DNA of 64,000 nucleotides from NCBI GenBank assembly GCA_000165345.1, contig CM000431.1, positions 1 to 64,000 of the forward strand, read 5' to 3'. Shown piece by piece: positions 59,901 to 64,000 of this stretch (position 1 is its first letter; each line of letters starts with the position of its first letter). The notes under the pieces were generated by a model. It saw only the letters and a program-made list of their open reading frames with translations, ran no database searches and was not told where the DNA came from. The position numbers and the translations under genes were made by a program.

Positions 59901-62207
59901 AATATTATTAAAGATCAGATGTCCAGTGTACTTTTAAAGAGATCTTGTGAGCTTTTAATTGCTTCTTTTGATGTAAATAGCTCACTATTAATTCCTTCAA
60001 GCTTTGTATGTATTGAGAATCTTATACAATTGGCTTTGGTATATGAAAAACAAAATTCTTTCTCCTATTCTCTCAAAGTTTGGGAACTCGTTCTTGAACA
60101 GTTGACTATAAAATCACGTACTTTTGATGATATTGATTACAGAGTATTAAATGAATTTAGTATTGTAAGTTGGTGTACCCCAAACAAATATTTTAACATT
60201 CCATTGGATTTTGAAAGCAAATCAGATAATTTTTGTTTAAATCAGAGTCAGGCAATTATAAGAGAGTACATATCTATTAATCAAAATAAATGCCTAGAAA
60301 ATAATACAGGAAATGAGTATCTTCAAGGAGGTTTCTCTTCAAAAAATGGAAATAGCTTCAAAAGTTTGAGTTCTGATTCTGGTTCAAACTCTAATTTTAT
60401 TTCAGATTCAAAGTTTAGTTCTGAAAATTCCAAGAATCCTTTACCTAATGATATTACTCCTATAGAAAGTGGTTCTTTTGAAACTAACGGTCAAGAAATT
60501 GATCAAAATATGATTATTATTTCAGCAAAAAACATGAAAAAAGAGTCTTCTCAGTGGAATTTAAGAAACATCATAAGGTTATTATTTCAGACTAAGGAAA
60601 GAATGGTATATTTATTTATGAATGCTTGTAATGGTAATCAATACCATAAAAGACTTTTTAGATTATTTCTACTTGCTTCTTATTTAAAAAGAGGAGATAA
60701 ACTTGTAAATCTCAAAGATTGGGAACCAATTCTTTCACTTAACAGGAATTCTAAGGATGTGGATAAAAGCAGACTTGGATCCAGTTATAATGAAAAAAAT
60801 GCATCTGGATTACTTTTTAGTGTCATTTACGAAGCTAATTCTTGGCTTTATGAGACTGAAGAAACCAATCTAGCAGTTTCAACATTTATTGAAAACCATC
60901 CAACTAAGATTAATAGAGACAAATTATTTACTGGAGATGGGTATTCAGGACCTGTTTCAATTCTTTATAACAAAGTAATGGTAAACAATGAACTGACTTT
61001 GGGGTCTAGAATTTATGATTACAATAGTTATACCAAAGATTCAATGGAAAGTATTCAAATAAGAAATTATAATAGTAATGAACTTAGGCCAGGAGGAAAT
61101 GGACATAGGATTGGATCTATTAGAAGTAGCGATAATAAACATATTAAAAGAATAAATAAACAATACAGTGATATTAAAGCAAGTGGTATGGGAAGAACAA
61201 AAAGTAGTAATAAATTTAATGAAATGGATTTCTGTATGTCTGGAATGATGGTAATTAACTCATTAAACAATACTACAGGTGAATTATCTGAAAACAGTAA
61301 TCAAAGTTACGGAACAATGGACGAAGGTTTTGGTAAACTTAGACAATTTGAATTTGATAATGGTGAAAATAGTAAACAGATTAGCTCTTTGAGTATTAAT
61401 ATAGATGAAACAAAGTCTAAATCAAATCCTAGATATTTAGTTTCTCATATCAAAGAAAGTGTTGAAATTACAGCTATAGAGAATTTCTTTATTGATCTTA
61501 TCAAAGAAGCAGAAGATGATATAAAGTTTATATGGAAAAGTATGAAAGAGCAAATCAGATTATTTAAGACAGTAAAAAAGGATGAATTAGATGAGATACG
61601 TCGAATAAACTCAAGAATTCAGTATGAACAAAGAATAAGCAGGCTATCAAAGATTAGAATTAATGAAATTTTGAATGACAGTGGATCAAGTGAGATTAAA
61701 TATTTGGATTTAGATCTAGAAAGGAGTAATTTGGTTAAGAATATTAATGAATCATTTGAGCTTTCAAGTATTTCAGATGAGAGTTTTTCGATATCTTTTC
61801 CAATTTATAAAGCTAGTTTGATTGCTACAGATAATGAATCGAAGAATTTATTATCTAAATTGATGGTTTATAATTCAAAAAAAGCAACTTTTGACGATGA
61901 GTTTGAACAGATTGGTAATGATTCAAGTATTATATACAATTCATTATTGAAGAAGAATACTGTAATATATGATAAAACTATTATTCAAAGTGATTCAGAA
62001 GAAAGAAAGATGATAGATGGTATGAAATTAAATATGGAAAATGCTTTCTTTACAGAAAGCTCAGAATTTGATAATGTTGAGGATTATACAAAATCTTATC
62101 CTTTAAGTTATAGAAGTAAAGCTTTGGATATTTTAATTTCTCTAATATATTATACTACAGATTATAGAGACTACTTTTCGAATTGGAAGGATAATCGAAA
62201 GACTTGA
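53934..62207 (+). CDS. Giant (2757 aa) protein, possibly containing a CLU (clustered-mitochondria/TIF31-like) central domain
   Basis: ATG at 53934, single ORF. Residues ~630-800 (EAILRTKV...AVIGYDGYIDP...ITCVDYSGFRIVVRPLPP...IGIFKYYNFHHTYNIFPRDP) are collinear with the CLUH CLU-domain blocks ERAIFKV...AVIDGNVMAINP...VVVDYRGYRVTAQSIIPG...[20 protein letters not shown] (from memory). Confidence 0.55.
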   Translation: MALERDIFEDLGSSSASMLVVSVGSLKLYSKILKLLPGTFKIALCVGLRHEPIKDVSCVTKRRVFATLSRYHNGSDAEADQIEHRIQHNFGIPIPFCLDNKATTVRLAIFLVMNDRSLVPVCRSMIRLSSTRDPTTAMKWFPLVKYNGFTGVGSVDNTDEFEVIGEPGKEKLVKRHLVVGSIQILTRRVLQERIGRPDLHDALCFSTLCDEKKSRKSLAEQYDDSSSEYNFSEKDLSCNELDEEKDNLFNGKYTSKIKGCYLESSIESLEDKIPFPFIQFKDILSKYPTLQNIFHLMPLYNQKINKRILMLQKRNKNAKVVLIGDDFSSNYRSGISMPIKVPSSIENIMSSSLDWNTWFCKSVDIAIMQSVEAYSKSTIFPSTSKYKAGKCDMNKKSSYNFVGNKISTYHFEYFMKSLESNMDVLLVNTIFGAAATEFSRDIIDDVIFRGKNQVRKFTPYKNLFVIWDYMIKRSYQELGMDYDIKLNNEEKMDDSTLENKVGEEVVEVLNISDISDTETHNIKIQETNFCKLENDFEEFSEIVAFDENIPKVAEDSSSEISQDQANETIPLYNSLKRKVVDSIERSQIIPLSEDHPFSSLRLFENDRVFIHHKTIGRGLLGILVLGDSQTSAEDASKIYTREISAHMAINEAILRTKVKKAIRIYNSISKGKIPPRKFIPNSKAVIGYDGYIDPKLNKKLSDFEIAMILLKGIDKFVKCSSEILHPSVNLTTVSPSLITCVDYSGFRIVVRPLPPIPFTICDWPLPIQSNERGEISNIEKCLNISNILHPTKLISEIRHLPILLETSIGIFKYYNFHHTYNIFPRDPWVSDVKGERVNWGNSSTDEYYHNYDTFSKNKLLSRNKCCTIRPLFIKQAGAVQDMLKYQDTDEKLRRFHYTPDDLHELFRKEIEPSGFCLVCASDVQQRSYGFFNINKEAMLFKPVPMNLISKFTETTTNYLIKINDGTHCSLCGKSMRVETQANSNNQMELISYIGDKIPYPTLGHYDDGAAIKMNRVKLMTSYMQSSSDYFSEWSFTEGDVFRRDQIFWERRPGLYCLPRSCIKGGGNLLGTGLDTIKYLLSQAKLLLNAFDDNTRFSSASDFNREEKLKIVKGVDVFDEPKRQSTVKIFFDESNIGQEIILLSNSLHTNWIEIVLNQLESIPAFAPYDSVTLENFLHSRGVNCNMLGRMLNFTRSPWLKQLFSIEIVSRTIKNLIPRLIKTLFLPGAISYMKKESGNLGRYCPCHSSSPSVSMLHTIFKIYITSTKRRIGSECIMINSSAKDSRSKLFSSQFLNTDVVADQEKVIHREMKNEEKDTANNSKSLMIQSPIYWNEIFKALNENNWDILNVHNIKISEISKLLVDWASQFFNVDDNILSYTNRETLNSRKKENDKLESEKSDLRRFSRELIQMNKMSLPYWVLECLFSLNQKSLIMLRRHRFHQITILQVMLTNLFNLILGDSPNSQLFWSTCISKLCSWEFSIAETSISKSKIPIGALFYALKHHTGVKFFLDIKKLKENLQDDSTFPINYDDFDSVLPKAKRKSEQYFSESLPIWGILETPEIIKLPRYNSFSVISTPTISQKLIALSIKLSASYFTNIQFFLDYMTHSEQFQGAERHLVRQDWIVQESWLELLGYFSYLEYDKKCIQILNNVINLFPQDHIASVQMRILQMWSYSRLRNIEIFKNTDFNALNNNFDQISISEKSIPHEISVSTLIFEIIDLHWSVIHPIIIDVYTSTALIHFLRGNWKSCEEILEKAITKSLVISSCFDSNSDVFRHYSKLLSSRKNSNWEFENNTLDSNSSLKNRILLSNIKYAINSKDTDKSIIQGIFGLHGKDENELEYELYQRFLNSNLQYIPRLLNTIENPNPNRIPKTPPKLRIGWLLKQLGRVRLIHALHLYYFNKNNKEFRFLKETDIQSTDSTEESINESIGKNEINTLALLDDSIESILELSCFTTQWALDIFDYYLGATTLETASCCYDLAYGLILLDNIIKDQMSSVLLKRSCELLIASFDVNSSLLIPSSFVCIENLIQLALVYEKQNSFSYSLKVWELVLEQLTIKSRTFDDIDYRVLNEFSIVSWCTPNKYFNIPLDFESKSDNFCLNQSQAIIREYISINQNKCLENNTGNEYLQGGFSSKNGNSFKSLSSDSGSNSNFISDSKFSSENSKNPLPNDITPIESGSFETNGQEIDQNMIIISAKNMKKESSQWNLRNIIRLLFQTKERMVYLFMNACNGNQYHKRLFRLFLLASYLKRGDKLVNLKDWEPILSLNRNSKDVDKSRLGSSYNEKNASGLLFSVIYEANSWLYETEETNLAVSTFIENHPTKINRDKLFTGDGYSGPVSILYNKVMVNNELTLGSRIYDYNSYTKDSMESIQIRNYNSNELRPGGNGHRIGSIRSSDNKHIKRINKQYSDIKASGMGRTKSSNKFNEMDFCMSGMMVINSLNNTTGELSENSNQSYGTMDEGFGKLRQFEFDNGENSKQISSLSINIDETKSKSNPRYLVSHIKESVEITAIENFFIDLIKEAEDDIKFIWKSMKEQIRLFKTVKKDELDEIRRINSRIQYEQRISRLSKIRINEILNDSGSSEIKYLDLDLERSNLVKNINESFELSSISDESFSISFPIYKASLIATDNESKNLLSKLMVYNSKKATFDDEFEQIGNDSSIIYNSLLKKNTVIYDKTIIQSDSEERKMIDGMKLNMENAFFTESSEFDNVEDYTKSYPLSYRSKALDILISLIYYTTDYRDYFSNWKDNRKT

Positions 62208-62501
62208 AATGAATAAAAATATTAATTATAAATAAAAGAGACAGAATTAAGCTGGGATAGTTCATTCATTTCAAAATTGTATATTAAAATATAAATATAA
62301 AGACTTATTATTCTATGTATTGTAAAATCAAGTTGTTATAGTAGTAATTCTGGAAGCATATTACAATAAAGAAGGATTCTAAAATCATAGTTCCAAATCA
62401 GAGTCACTTTTGAGTCTTTTTGAACTTAAACAATTGATTTCATGATCTTGATTCAATTCGACATTGGAAGACTCTATATGTGGTCTTTTACTGCCAGTAA
62501 T

Positions 62502-63297
62502 ATTAGATGCAGTTTCTGAGCAACTTAATTCAGTTTCAGAATGGTCGGGGTCTTCTATAATAATAGGACAAGAAACATTTACAAGCTATAAAAAAAAAAA
62601 AAAGTAATAAGAAAATAAGTAATAAAGATAAAATTGTTCAGTTCTTGAAAGAACTGAAAGATATTCGAGTTAAACATACCTTATCAAGAGCATAAAGAAA
62701 GCTTTTTGTGTTATTATAGCAATCTGGGAACAATAATAATTCACAAATTCTTTGAATTGTAGGAGGAAAATCAGTATGACAGTCAAAAGCTTCGAGAATA
62801 TCCATTAAAAAGTTCTCCAAAATAGACTTTCCACAATCTGGACAAGAATATTCAATATTTTTGTGGCGTGGAGAAACTTCATCTAAATGAGAGTTTTCTA
62901 AATTTGAATGTAGTTTGCAATTATATGGTAAATAGTCAAGCTGATCTAATCCTCCATATTTTTCAAACATTTGGTTACTTTTCAGAACAATTTCTTTCCT
63001 TAAAGCTTTTTTCAAGACCTTCCATTCAATTATTTCATTCTCATCTACATTAGATTTCATATTAAAACTTTTATCAACCCCCTCTTTTGATACTCTCTCA
63101 ATCATACTAAGATCATCAAAGTCTAAACTTGGTATTAATTCTTCTCTTGAATCAATTTTAATATTATCGGTACCGGTATTAATATTTTCGGTATCTATTT
63201 TGTGATCATGATCAAGATCTTGGAAAGAATTTGATTGATTATTGAAATGAAGAATCTCGGTATCATGGGTATCTTTAGTAGTAGAGATTGATTCCAT
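62502..63297 (-). CDS. PPP4R2: PPP4R2-like protein phosphatase 4 regulatory subunit; probable two exons join(62680..63297, 62502..62585) with a 94-nt intron
   Basis: IEWKVLKKALRKEIVLKSNQMFEKY and FPPTIQRICELLLFPDCYNNTKSFLYALDK match human PPP4R2 [22 protein letters not shown] and [37 protein letters not shown] donor sits exactly after ...LDK (62679..62674), followed by a polypyrimidine tract and AG at 62587..62586. Exon 2 (LVNVSCPIII...) matches PPP4R2 NVMVVSCVYP. The unspliced ORF is 62638..63297. Confidence 0.6.
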
Positions 63298-64000
63298 TGA
63301 CCTGGTTAAGTTAGATTATAATGGAATATAGGAAAATATTTAATATGGACAATAGAAATGTGCGTAAAAGGTCGAGAGAAGTGAGTTATACTGGGACGAA
63401 TTTGAGAGTAACAGTTGGGAGTTGCATACTATTAGCTTTAATATATTGTTTCTAAGAGGAGTTTATGCTGGATTATGATAAAATTTGATAGAATTAGGAT
63501 TTTACTTGGTTATTTAATATAGTGTAAAATAATACTTTTTTTGTGCGGTTAATACTAAAGGAAAAATGTAAATTATACTCGGTACCAGTATTTTCTTTTT
63601 TTTTTAAATTTTTTTAAAAGTTTGACAAATTAAAAAAAAATGATTAATAATCTATAGCTTCTTTCTATTTTTAAAGTTTATTATGGAATTTAAAAAATCT
63701 AGTTTTCTACATGACTAGTGTTTCCGCTTAAAAATCAATATATTAGTGCATTTAAATATTTACATTAAATAGTTTCTTGATGACTAACAGGTTTTTCCCT
63801 TGGTATAAAAGGATTGAATTGACACCAAAGAATTCTTATTGTATAGATTTACTCTTTCGGACTTGTAAAAGATAAAGATAATCCATAAGAAGGTTGAAAG
63901 GAATGAAAAGGAATAGTACAATAAGATTATTTTTACCAATAGGAAAACCTGAAATGATAATAAATGATAAAAATATATATCGTCATGAAGCAATATCAAT

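Overview
This window is the left end of a Cryptosporidium-type (apicomplexan) chromosome, not a prokaryotic locus. I found no CRISPR, tRNA, rRNA or transposon signal.

Overall layout:
- Positions 1-2651 are a ~2.6 kb telomeric array of CCTAAA units on the + strand (TTTAGG on the G-strand, the Cryptosporidium repeat) with CCCTAAA/CCTAAAA variants.
- Only ~230 bp separate the array from the first gene. About 25 compact, mostly intronless, AT-rich protein-coding genes follow in alternating orientation.

Genes I recognise from their translations:
- A telomere-adjacent secreted SKSR-family repeat protein.
- Casein kinase I.
- A FAM135/DUF676 lipase-like protein.
- S-adenosylhomocysteine hydrolase.
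- An asparagine-synthetase-domain PP-loop protein.
- An Spc25-like kinetochore protein.
- A DRG-type Obg GTPase.
- Tubulin-folding cofactor D.
- A Vti1-like SNARE, split into two ORFs by a 59-nt GTAAGT..AG intron.
- A secreted Thr-rich mucin with C-terminal EGF domains, interrupted by a 1-nt frameshift inside an (ACA)n tract.
- A CCCH-zinc-finger/WD40 protein.
- Two giant proteins (1937 aa, possibly TRAPPC10-like; 2757 aa, possibly with a CLU-like domain).
- A PPP4R2-like phosphatase subunit with a probable 94-nt GTATGT..AG intron.

Other points:
- Several ORF-track start coordinates fall on TTG/GTG and must be moved to the next in-frame ATG.
- The AT-rich intergenic regions repeatedly carry rare GC-rich E2F-like motifs (GGCGCC / TTTGGCGGGAA) and AP2-like GCATGCA motifs immediately upstream of genes.
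- The gene order (SKSR gene first, SAHH eighth) matches my recollection of the start of C. parvum chromosome 3, where SAHH is cgd3_80. I cannot verify that here.
- I see no evidence for a novel defence-type system. The most notable items are the telomere/SKSR junction, the frameshifted mucin, the two introns and the promoter motif pattern.
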